This document shows, in pieces, positions 9,266 through 18,002 of a DNA stretch of 64,000 nucleotides; positions within the stretch are counted from its first letter, which is position 1, and every line of letters starts with the position of its first letter. Position numbers and translations under genes: made by a program. The stretch lies in assembly GCA_963836075.1 (NCBI GenBank), contig CAWIIB010000009.1, positions 1,120,001 to 1,184,000 on the forward strand. Reading direction: 5' to 3'. The DNA is from an uncultured Acidobacteriota bacterium (lineage in GTDB: Bacteria > Acidobacteriota > JAQAZP01). A model generated the notes under the pieces. It did not search any database, was not told where the DNA came from, and worked only from the letters and a program-made list of their open reading frames with translations.

Positions 9266-10714
9266 TCACCGGCCATCGGGTTGGGTCAGCGGGATGGTGA
9301 AACTGAAGACGCTGCCCCGGCCCGGCTCGCTCTCCGCCCACACCCGGCCGCCGTGGGCCTGCACCAGCTGCTTGACAATGGTCAGACCCAGTCCCGTGCC
9401 GCCGCTGTCCCGGGAGCGGGAGCGGTCGACGCGGTAGAAGCGCTCGAAGATGTGCGGCAGGTCCCCGGCTGAGATCCCCGGGCCGGTGTCGGCCACCGAG
9501 ACCCGGATCGCTTCGCCCGCCCCCTCGGCACTCACCCTCACCGTGCCGCCGGCCGGTGTGTGGTTGAGCGCGTTCTCCGCCAGGTTGCGTACCACCTGGC
9601 GCAGGCGCGCCGGGTCGAACCAGCCCCTGGGCAGGTCCGGCAGGTCCAGCTCCACCCGCGGGGCATCGGCGCCCCGGTCCGCCGCCAGCAGCTTGACCGC
9701 CGCCCCGATTTCCACGCCCACATCCACCACCGCCGGTTCCAGCGGCAGCTGGCCCGCCTCGGCCAGGGCCAGTTCCTGCAGGTCGTGGACCAGCCGGCCC
9801 AGCAGCATGGTCTCCTCGTGGATCGAGTCGATGGTCTCCGGGGACGGGTCGGCCAGCCCGTCCTGGATTGCCTCCAGGAGGCAACGGATGTTGGTCAGCG
9901 GCGTGCGCAGCTCGTGGGCGATGTCCGAGACCATATTCCGCCGCAGGGTTTCCACCCGGACCAGATTGTCGGCCATGTCGTTGAACGTCCTGGCCAGCCG
10001 GCCCAGCTCGTCCCGGGACACGGCCGGCACCCGGCAGTCCATGTTGCCCCGGGCCATTTCTCCTGCGGCCCGGGTCAGTTGCTCCACCGGGCGCAGCAGC
10101 CGCCGTGCCGCGATCCAGGTGACCAGCATCATCAGCAGCCCCACGCCGATGGTCCCGGCCAGCAGCCAGCGGTTCACCGCCTGGAGGAAGTCCTGTTCGG
10201 TGAACAGGGTTTCAGCGGCCTGCTCCACATCGGGCGGCAGGCCGGGAATGATGATCGCCGTGCCGCATGGCTGGCCGTCGACGCCGTGGAGCACGATCCG
10301 GGGAACCCTGAAGTTGAGCACGCGCTGGGGGGAGGGGTCCTCCCCCGCAGTCCAGACCAGCATCACGCCGTCGGCCGAGAGCGTCACCTCGGCCCTGGTC
10401 AGTTCCGGGTCTGAAGCGGCGGCTGGCTGGTCCCCGGCGTCGAGCAGCAGCAGCCGGCCGTCCAGGTTCCGAGCCAGCTGGTCCACCAGCGGCCCGGCGC
10501 CCTCCCAGCTGCCGGTGCTCCTGAAGTGCGCTTCCAGCGGCTCGCCGAGCGTGTCCAGTCCGGCCACCGGGTCCGTTTCAGGGTGGCGGGATTCGAGGAT
10601 AAAGCGGCTGAATTCCGTCCGGGTCGCCCGGCTGGAGATCCAGGCCACCGAGACCACGGCCACGGCCACCACCAGACCCACCAGAACCAGCAGCCGGACC
10701 CGGAGACTACTCAT
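9266..10714 (-). CDS. HAMP sensor histidine kinase (BaeS-like)
   Basis: Two TM segments, HAMP, HELRTPL, NLAENAL, DTGPG, GTGLGL; ATG overlaps the regulator stop. Confidence 0.92.
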   Translation of the reverse strand: MSSLRVRLLVLVGLVVAVAVVSVAWISSRATRTEFSRFILESRHPETDPVAGLDTLGEPLEAHFRSTGSWEGAGPLVDQLARNLDGRLLLLDAGDQPAAASDPELTRAEVTLSADGVMLVWTAGEDPSPQRVLNFRVPRIVLHGVDGQPCGTAIIIPGLPPDVEQAAETLFTEQDFLQAVNRWLLAGTIGVGLLMMLVTWIAARRLLRPVEQLTRAAGEMARGNMDCRVPAVSRDELGRLARTFNDMADNLVRVETLRRNMVSDIAHELRTPLTNIRCLLEAIQDGLADPSPETIDSIHEETMLLGRLVHDLQELALAEAGQLPLEPAVVDVGVEIGAAVKLLAADRGADAPRVELDLPDLPRGWFDPARLRQVVRNLAENALNHTPAGGTVRVSAEGAGEAIRVSVADTGPGISAGDLPHIFERFYRVDRSRSRDSGGTGLGLTIVKQLVQAHGGRVWAESEPGRGSVFSFTIPLTQPDGR

Positions 10715-11426
10715 CGTCCGTCTCCCTGCTGAAGGTGTAGCCCACGCCAAAGACTGTTCTGATCAATTCGGGCCGCGAACGGTCCGGGTCGAGCTTGCGC
10801 CGGAGGTTTCCCACATGGGCGTCCACCGTCCGGTCGAAGCCGTCGAAGTCAGCGGCCAGTGCCTGCTCGATCAACTGTTCCCGGGTGAAGACCATCCCCG
10901 GCCTTCGGGCCATCACCGCCAGCAACCGGAACTCGCTGGGCGTCAACTCCACCTTCCGGCCGCCGAGGGTCACCCGGTGATGGACCGGATCGATGAGCAG
11001 GTCCCTGATCTGGAGCGGTTCTTCCCCGGCCGGCCCTGAGGCTTCGCCGCCTGTTCCGCCGGTCGAGCGGCGCAGCACCGCACGAATGCGGGCCACCAGT
11101 TCGCGCGGGCTGAACGGTTTGGGCAGATAGTCGTCGGCGCCGGTGTCGAGACCGCGGACCCGGTCGTTCTCGAGAGTCCTGGCGGTGAGCATGATCACCG
11201 GCACGGCGGAGGTCCGGCGCAGGTTCCGGCAGAGCTCCAGGCCGTCCATCCCGGGGAGCATCAGGTCGAGGACCAGCAGGTCGTAGCGCCCGGTACGGGC
11301 CTCGGCCAGGCCTCCGGGCCCGTCCGGCACCAGCACCGCCTCCATGCCGGCCCGCTCCAGGTAGAGCTTCACCGCTGCCGCCGTTTTGCGGTCATCCTCC
11401 ACCACCAGGATTCGAGGTTTGCCCAT
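10707..11426 (-). CDS. OmpR-family response regulator
   Basis: LVVEDD, LDLMLPG, KPFSPREL, winged helix RTVDAHV...RTVFGVGY. Confidence 0.93.
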   Translation of the reverse strand: MGKPRILVVEDDRKTAAAVKLYLERAGMEAVLVPDGPGGLAEARTGRYDLLVLDLMLPGMDGLELCRNLRRTSAVPVIMLTARTLENDRVRGLDTGADDYLPKPFSPRELVARIRAVLRRSTGGTGGEASGPAGEEPLQIRDLLIDPVHHRVTLGGRKVELTPSEFRLLAVMARRPGMVFTREQLIEQALAADFDGFDRTVDAHVGNLRRKLDPDRSRPELIRTVFGVGYTFSRETDDE

Positions 11427-11489
11427 CACCCGGTCCTCCGCCGGGAAAAGACTACCAACTGGCCGCTTCCACGGCAACCGGCGAAGCAA

Positions 11490-12962
11490 TCAATCCTCCT
11501 CCACCATCCGGAGAATGTTTTGTCCCACCTCGATGGCCAGCGGCATGTCGAAGTTGGACAGCACCACCACGGTCCAGCCGTCGACCAGGTCGATGGCGAA
11601 GAGGGCGTTGATGCCGGGTGCCCCGCCGGCCAGCACCATCGGGCCCTTGGGCTCAAAGGGATCGCCCGGTTTACCGTTGAACTGGCACAGAACCATCTCT
11701 GTCCAATTCTTACCCAGCAGCTTGTTCCCGCAGAGCGCCTGCCGGAAGCGGAGCATGTCCTCCGTTGTTGAGTAGCCGCCCCCGGCGGGGGTGCCGCGGG
11801 GAGAGAGCATGAAGGTGTTCGACCAGCGGAATCCCGTGCCCTCCGGGTCGGCGGAGTTCATGTCGGTGTACCCCGTGGCCAGGTCCCTGGCCGGTCCGTC
11901 CCGGTGGTAGGAATCGGAGTTGGCCATCCCGGCAGGCTGGTAGATGTGGCGGCGAACATACTCGAAATAGTCGAGGCCCGACACCTTCTCGATCACCGCA
12001 CCGAGGATCTCGTAGCTGGTGTTGCTGTGTGCGTTGTCGGTTCCCGGTTCGAAGCTGAGCGGCACCTCCTTGAGAAAGGCGATGTAGTCGCTCACCGTGC
12101 GCAGGTCGTTCCGGGTGGCCAGGTAGGTCTCGTTGCCCCAGTAGTCACCCCAGCCCGAGCGCATCTGCAGCAGGTGCCGGATGGTCACCTTCCCGGCCGC
12201 TTGCGGAGCGAACCCGTCGAGATAGCGGCCCAGGGGGATATCGAGCCCCAGCTTGCCCTGCTCCGCCAGTTGGGCGATGGCCACGCTGGTGAACAGCTTG
12301 TTCAGTGAGCCGATGTTGAATCTGGTATCCAGGCGGTTGGGCGCATCAAAGGTCCGGTTGGCCAGGCCGTAGGCCTTGTGGAACACGGGTTGGCCGTCCT
12401 TCGCCGCCAGCACCACACCGGAAAACTCGTTCCCGGCCGTCCTGCGGACCAGGTCGGCATCCAGTTCCTCAAAGCCTGAATAGGGAGCCTCTTTCCCATC
12501 CCCAGCCGGGACCGGCCCACGGTCAACGGCCGTGCCCTCCGGCGCTTCGCCGGGCGCGATGCCCATGGAGACGATCCGGTGCGGAACCTCCGGCTCCACC
12601 TCCAGATCGAGGTATAGCCATGCGTCGGATGCGGCTGAGCGGAGAGCGACCCTGATCCCTGTTGCCGACGATTCCACCACCTGGCCCAGGGTGAGCTGCG
12701 GGAACATGCTCCGGGTCATTCGAAAGATACCCTGGTGCTGGGCCATGGGAAAGCCGTCGCGGAATTCCGGGGCGTATGCGGTGTCGATATACTTCTGCAC
12801 GACGTCTTTGTCTCCCCGGTTCAGCAGGTCGAGGATCTCCCCGGCCCGTTTTCCGGCCGGTGTGTCAGGGAACACCGCCGGGCCGGCGAAAAGGGCGGGT
12901 CCGGCGCATAGAACGAAGATGGTGATCAATGCAATCGCTCTTGACGACATTCGGTTTTTCAT
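11490..12962 (-). CDS. Secreted serine hydrolase, beta-lactamase/AmpC-like family
   Basis: Signal peptide, FNIGSLNK (SxxK), HLLQMRSG, HSNTSY; GGAGGG RBS. Confidence 0.85.
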   Translation of the reverse strand: MKNRMSSRAIALITIFVLCAGPALFAGPAVFPDTPAGKRAGEILDLLNRGDKDVVQKYIDTAYAPEFRDGFPMAQHQGIFRMTRSMFPQLTLGQVVESSATGIRVALRSAASDAWLYLDLEVEPEVPHRIVSMGIAPGEAPEGTAVDRGPVPAGDGKEAPYSGFEELDADLVRRTAGNEFSGVVLAAKDGQPVFHKAYGLANRTFDAPNRLDTRFNIGSLNKLFTSVAIAQLAEQGKLGLDIPLGRYLDGFAPQAAGKVTIRHLLQMRSGWGDYWGNETYLATRNDLRTVSDYIAFLKEVPLSFEPGTDNAHSNTSYEILGAVIEKVSGLDYFEYVRRHIYQPAGMANSDSYHRDGPARDLATGYTDMNSADPEGTGFRWSNTFMLSPRGTPAGGGYSTTEDMLRFRQALCGNKLLGKNWTEMVLCQFNGKPGDPFEPKGPMVLAGGAPGINALFAIDLVDGWTVVVLSNFDMPLAIEVGQNILRMVEED

Positions 12963-13025
12963 GATTCCCTCCAATAGTTTGTACCGTTCCGGCAGCCCGT
13001 TCCGCCAAAGGGTCACCTTGGGCTG

Positions 13026-13064
13026 GTTATATGATTGAGGGTGGATTTGAAGATTTCATGAAGA
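13026..13064 (-). promoter_or_regulatory. Putative OmpR-type box and -10 of the hydrolase-RR-HK operon
   Basis: TCTTCA direct repeat with 11-bp period at the -35 position, 16 nt upstream of TATAAC. Confidence 0.5.
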
Positions 13065-13291
13065 CACGTTTGCCTGTCATGAAAATGCCGTCCTGCCTTG
13101 ACGTCTGATACGAAAATACCTATCTTTAATAGAGATACGCGCTGATTTATCCGACTGCATTTTGTTATCCGCTGTCCGGATCTACCGGTTCCGTCCGGGT
13201 GGACTGACTTTGCCGGTTCCCCTGGCCCGCATCTCTGCGCTGCGGTCAGCGCTCCGGGGTTGGGGATCGACAACAGACCAACTGAGATGAC

Positions 13292-15265
13292 GTGATGAAC
13301 ACTCCGGCCCATGACCTGCTGCTGCTCCTGCTCGACCTGGCCCAGCAGAAATCGGCCCCCCAGGTCAGGGCGACTTTTGTGGAGGCCCTCAACGCCCTGT
13401 TCGCGCCGGCAGCCTTCCACTGGCTGGAACCGGACGAGGATCTGGAGGGCCAGATCATCGCCGTGGCCAGCCCCGGCAGGGAGTATGGCCGGATCGCGGT
13501 GGTTGCCGAGGACGGCAGCGCTGCGGCAGACATGCTTCCCCTGGTGCACAATGCGGCAAGCATGCTGGGGGTGATCCTGGAGAAAGTCGAGGCGGACCGG
13601 CTGCTGGCCGACGAGAAGCTGCTGCTCCAGGAACAGGTGGATGCACAGACCGCCGAGCTCAGCAAGGCCAACCTGGACCTCAAGCTGGAGATCGAAGAGC
13701 GCACACGGGTGGAAAAGGCGCTGCGGGAGAGTGAGGAGAGGCTGGACCTGGCCATCGTGGGGACCAACCTCGGGATGTGGGACTGGAATATCGAGACCGG
13801 AGACGTCACCTACAGCGAGCGGTGGCTGCGCATGCTGGGCTATGAGCTGGACGAGCTGGAGCACAAGTTCAGCACCTGGGAAGCCCTGATCCACCCCGAG
13901 GACAAGCCGGGGGTGGTGGAGATCCTCAACCGGCATTTCGAAGATGACCAGCGTGAATACAACGTGGTCTTCCGCCTGAAGGCCAAGACCGGTGAGTGGC
14001 GCTGGATCAACTCCCGGGGCCGGGTATTCGCCCGGGACGAAGGCAATCAGCCCCTGCGGATGGTGGGGACCCACATCGACATCACCGAGCGGAAGAAGGC
14101 CGAGGAGGACAAGGTCATGCTGGAGGACCAGCTGCACCAGTCCCAGAAGATGGAGGCGGTGGGACGGCTGGCCGGGGGCGTGGCCCACGACTTCAACAAC
14201 ATCCTCACCGGGATCATCGGGTTCGCCGAACTGGGCCAGTCCACGGTGAGCCCCGGGGATGCGGTCCACGCCGACCTGGAGGAGATCCGCAAAGCCGCCG
14301 ACCGCGCGGCGGGGCTGACCGCCCAGCTGTTGGCCTTCTCCCGCAAGCAGATCATCAACCCCATGGTGATCAAGCCCAACGACGCCCTGCAGAACTCGCA
14401 GAAGATGCTGCAGCGGATCATCGGCGAGGACATCGATTTTTTCTTCAACCCGGCCGATGACCTGTGGCGGATCAAGGCCGACACCGGCCAGCTGGACCAG
14501 ATCCTTTTCAACCTGGCGGTCAATGCCCGCGATGCCATGCCCGGCGGGGGCAAGCTGACCATCGAGACCCGGAACGTAACCATCGACGATGCGTACTGCC
14601 GCACCCACGAGGGAGTGGAGCCGGGCGACTATGTCATGCTGGCCGTTCACGACAGTGGTCAGGGCATGGACGCCGAGACCCAGGCTCACATTTTCGAGCC
14701 GTTTTATTCCACCAAGGAGAAAGACCGGGGCACGGGACTGGGGCTGTCCACGGTTTACGGCATCATGAAGCAGAACCGGGGCTTCATCGATGTCCACTCC
14801 GAGCCGGATGCCGGCTCGACCTTCAGGATCTATTTCCCGGCAGTGAGGGATCCGGCGGACGAACTGGCCACGTCGAATCTGATCGCCAACGCCACCGGCA
14901 CGGAGACGATTCTCCTGGTGGAGGACGAAGCGATGGTCCGACTGCTGGCGAAAAAGATCCTGGTCAAGCACGGCTACAAGGTGGTCGACCTGGACAACGG
15001 TGAGCTGGCCCTGCTCTGGGCCGGGCGGAACGACCAGGATGTGGATCTGCTGCTCACCGATGTGATCATGCCCGGAATGAACGGCCGGGAACTGCATGAC
15101 AAGCTGCGGGAGAATCGGCCGGAAATGAAGACCCTCTTCATGTCCGGGTACAACGAGGACGTCATCGCCCACCACGGTGTCCTCAACGACGACACCGAGT
15201 TCATCCAGAAGCCGTTCACCCTCTGGTCCCTGACCCGCCGGGTGCGGGATGTACTCGACAGCTGA
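13292..15265 (+). CDS. PAS-domain hybrid histidine kinase / receiver (CckA-like)
   Basis: PAS (WDWNI, IHPED), GVAHDFNNIL, NARDAM, GTGLGL, receiver LLTDVIMPG. Confidence 0.92.
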   Translation: MMNTPAHDLLLLLLDLAQQKSAPQVRATFVEALNALFAPAAFHWLEPDEDLEGQIIAVASPGREYGRIAVVAEDGSAAADMLPLVHNAASMLGVILEKVEADRLLADEKLLLQEQVDAQTAELSKANLDLKLEIEERTRVEKALRESEERLDLAIVGTNLGMWDWNIETGDVTYSERWLRMLGYELDELEHKFSTWEALIHPEDKPGVVEILNRHFEDDQREYNVVFRLKAKTGEWRWINSRGRVFARDEGNQPLRMVGTHIDITERKKAEEDKVMLEDQLHQSQKMEAVGRLAGGVAHDFNNILTGIIGFAELGQSTVSPGDAVHADLEEIRKAADRAAGLTAQLLAFSRKQIINPMVIKPNDALQNSQKMLQRIIGEDIDFFFNPADDLWRIKADTGQLDQILFNLAVNARDAMPGGGKLTIETRNVTIDDAYCRTHEGVEPGDYVMLAVHDSGQGMDAETQAHIFEPFYSTKEKDRGTGLGLSTVYGIMKQNRGFIDVHSEPDAGSTFRIYFPAVRDPADELATSNLIANATGTETILLVEDEAMVRLLAKKILVKHGYKVVDLDNGELALLWAGRNDQDVDLLLTDVIMPGMNGRELHDKLRENRPEMKTLFMSGYNEDVIAHHGVLNDDTEFIQKPFTLWSLTRRVRDVLDS

Positions 15266-15426
15266 GCCGGTCCTCCGGTTTTCCCCAAGCCCCGAAATCC
15301 TCCCAAATCCTCAAAAATGATAACCAAAATCGGGCCTCAGGCCGATATGTCTACTGTGGGGCCGGTCTCTCCCGCCGGGGGCGTCCGGTGGAAGGCTGGG
15401 TACTGAGAGTCCACAGGGGTTTTTCG

Positions 15427-17913
15427 ATGATCCTTCCGATCGGGCATGACCAGACTGAAGTCCGGCGGCAGCCGTGGGTCACCTTCACCATCATGGGGCT
15501 CTGTATCCTGGTCCACCTGCTGGTCAGCTTTGCCCCGGGGGTCAGCGAGACCGAGGTCGGCGAAGACCTCACCAAGGCTGTGGACTACTGGATGACCCAC
15601 CCCTACCTCGAACTGCCCGAGAGGCTCCGCGAGGAACTGCTGGCCGGATTCCCCGAGGAGGAACTCAACACCTGGCAGGTGATGCTGGAGCAGCAGGCCG
15701 GGCCCCGCCCGGCGGAGTCGGTTATCGCCCGGGAACAGATGGAGCTGGACCAGATGGCGGAGAAGAGCTTCGCCAGCATCGGGGAACTGCCGATTCACAA
15801 ATACGGCCTGGTGCCGGCCAGGACGACCGTCCTGACCCTCTTTACCCACATGTTTCTCCACGTGGGCTGGATGCACCTGCTGGGCAATCTCTTCTTCCTC
15901 TACCTCACCGGCCCGTTCATCGAGGATGTCTGGGGCCGTCCGATCTTCCTGGGCTTCTACCTGCTGGGCGGCCTCGTCTCCGGCGGCCTGTTTGCCCTGC
16001 GCTACGCCGATCTGACCATTCCGCTGGTGGGGGCTTCAGGGGCCATTGCCGCCTGCATGGGCGCCTTTCTCGTCCGCTACTGGCACATCAATATCAAGTT
16101 CTTCTACTGGATCGGATTTTTCTTCCGCGGCACCTTCAAGGCGCCGGCCTGGCTGATGCTCCCGCTCTGGCTGCTCCGTGAGGTTTTTGCCGCGACGATG
16201 ATGGACTCTCTCGACCCCAGCGGCCGCAGCGGCGGCACCGCCTTCTGGGCCCATGTCTGGGGTTTTCTTTTTGGTGCCGGGGTGGCCCTGATCATCCGCT
16301 CGCTCAAGATCGAGCAGCGGTTCATCCACGGCGCCATCGAGGCCAAGACCACCGTGGTCAACAATGCGGTGGTGGCCGAGGCGCTGGAGGCCCAGGACGA
16401 CGGCCGCAGCGACGAGGCTTTCGCCAGCCTGAGCTCGGAGGTGCAGCGCAATCCGGGCAACTCGGAGGCGGTGCTGGCCCTCTGGGGGATGGCCGTGGGC
16501 GCGTCCCGGGTGGCCGAGGCCGTGCCGGCGATGCAGCGGTTGCTGCGCGAAGAGGTGCGGGCCGGCGAGTTCGACCTGGCCATGACCCACCGCAACGAAC
16601 TGTCGGAGTTCGCGCCGGACGCCACGGTGGAACCGCTGGTGGACCTGCGGCTGGCCGAGTTCATGCTGAAGGACGAGCAGAGCGATCAAGCCGCGGCGCT
16701 GCTGCGCAACGCGCTGGGGCAGGTCTCGGCGGATGCCTCTCCCGGGATGCTGACCCGGCTGTCCCGTCTGGCCTGCCAGGCCGACCCGGTGGTGGGTCTC
16801 GATGCCGTGAATCTGGCCCTGGCCCACCCTGAACTGCCCGAGGACGCACGTGAGGAATTGGAAAAGATGAAAGGTGAGCTGGCCGCCAAACAGCCGGCGG
16901 AGGTGCATGAAATGCCCGATTTTGGCGGTGGGGCGACCCTGGAAGCGGACGGCATCTCCATCCCGGGGTTCGAATCCAACTCCATTGCCACACCGGAGGA
17001 GGAACCGGAGACGGTGCCCGCGGCGGGATTCGGTTTTGTCCCTGATGTGGGCGGTGATGCACCGGTGGATCCCGACGCATTTGAAGCCATGCCGGACATT
17101 CCGGGTTTCGAGACCAACGCGCGGCAGGATCCGGCGGCCCCGGATACCGGATTCCCCGACCCGGCGTGGCCCACGGCGGTCCCGCCGGTGGGCGGTGACG
17201 CGCCGACGGCCGATCCGGCCGACCTGGTGCCCGAGCCGGTTGCGGTGACCGCCCCGGCAGTGGAAACAGCGGAACAGACGTGGGACATGATCGATCCGGT
17301 CATGGGAGCCGACGCCCTGACGGTGGACCCGGCGCCCCCGACTCTGGGGGCCGAGGCTGTTGTTGCGGCGCCTGCGCCTCCGGCCCCGAAGGCCGAGCCC
17401 GTGGTCGCTGCCTCTGCGCCGGGGCCCGCATCACTGCGGAAACCGGGCACCGTGCCGGCCACCGGCCAGACCCCGGCCGGCCCGGAGACACTGCTGAAGA
17501 AACTCGAACTGCACCAGGTGGAGCCGCTGAGCATCGACGGCACGCGGATGACCCTCGACGTGCTGGGCCGCGGGCCGTCCGCCCTGGGGCTGGACAAGGT
17601 GCAGGCGGTGGCCACAGCGGTGATCCGTCCGTCGGGCAAGCAGGCGTTCATCATCATCGACCTGCTGCTGGACCCGCCCTGGGCCACCAAGACCAGTCTG
17701 CGGGTGGTGCGGATGCACAGCGGGCGGCTGGAGCCGACCAAGCTGGTCCCCGAAGCGCCCAACTCGGCAGCGGCTCTGCGGATGATGATCGACAAGCTGC
17801 TGACCGTCAGCCAGGGCATCCCCCTGCCCGACTCCCGCTCGGTGAAGGGGAGCCCCTTCCGCGAGTTCGCCTCCCTTAAGGAATACCAGCTGGAAGTCCT
17901 CCAGGCGAGCTAG
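15427..17913 (+). CDS. Rhomboid intramembrane protease fused to helical and Pro/Ala-rich regions
   Basis: HMFLH..WMHLLGN, VGASGAI, FWAHVWGF; long soluble C-terminal extension. Confidence 0.85.
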   Translation: MILPIGHDQTEVRRQPWVTFTIMGLCILVHLLVSFAPGVSETEVGEDLTKAVDYWMTHPYLELPERLREELLAGFPEEELNTWQVMLEQQAGPRPAESVIAREQMELDQMAEKSFASIGELPIHKYGLVPARTTVLTLFTHMFLHVGWMHLLGNLFFLYLTGPFIEDVWGRPIFLGFYLLGGLVSGGLFALRYADLTIPLVGASGAIAACMGAFLVRYWHINIKFFYWIGFFFRGTFKAPAWLMLPLWLLREVFAATMMDSLDPSGRSGGTAFWAHVWGFLFGAGVALIIRSLKIEQRFIHGAIEAKTTVVNNAVVAEALEAQDDGRSDEAFASLSSEVQRNPGNSEAVLALWGMAVGASRVAEAVPAMQRLLREEVRAGEFDLAMTHRNELSEFAPDATVEPLVDLRLAEFMLKDEQSDQAAALLRNALGQVSADASPGMLTRLSRLACQADPVVGLDAVNLALAHPELPEDAREELEKMKGELAAKQPAEVHEMPDFGGGATLEADGISIPGFESNSIATPEEEPETVPAAGFGFVPDVGGDAPVDPDAFEAMPDIPGFETNARQDPAAPDTGFPDPAWPTAVPPVGGDAPTADPADLVPEPVAVTAPAVETAEQTWDMIDPVMGADALTVDPAPPTLGAEAVVAAPAPPAPKAEPVVAASAPGPASLRKPGTVPATGQTPAGPETLLKKLELHQVEPLSIDGTRMTLDVLGRGPSALGLDKVQAVATAVIRPSGKQAFIIIDLLLDPPWATKTSLRVVRMHSGRLEPTKLVPEAPNSAAALRMMIDKLLTVSQGIPLPDSRSVKGSPFREFASLKEYQLEVLQAS

Positions 17914-17935
17914 TGCCGGGCCACCCTCCATTTTC

Positions 17936-17967
17936 AAAAAAAAGCCGCTCCGATGAAGGAGCGGCTT
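17936..17967 (-). terminator. Rho-independent terminator of pepF
   Basis: 10-bp stem aagccgctcc/ggagcggctt followed by a T-run on the minus strand. Confidence 0.75.
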
Positions 17968-18002
17968 GATGTCGGCCTGAACGTGCCGGTGGGGGTCGAC
18001 CC

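Noticed and set aside
7008-9884. Long antisense ORFs (also 13013-15175, 21335-23326, 37333-38970, 49977-52637, 62102-63955)
   Set aside because: Shadow frames of well-supported genes in GC-rich DNA; no motifs or start signals
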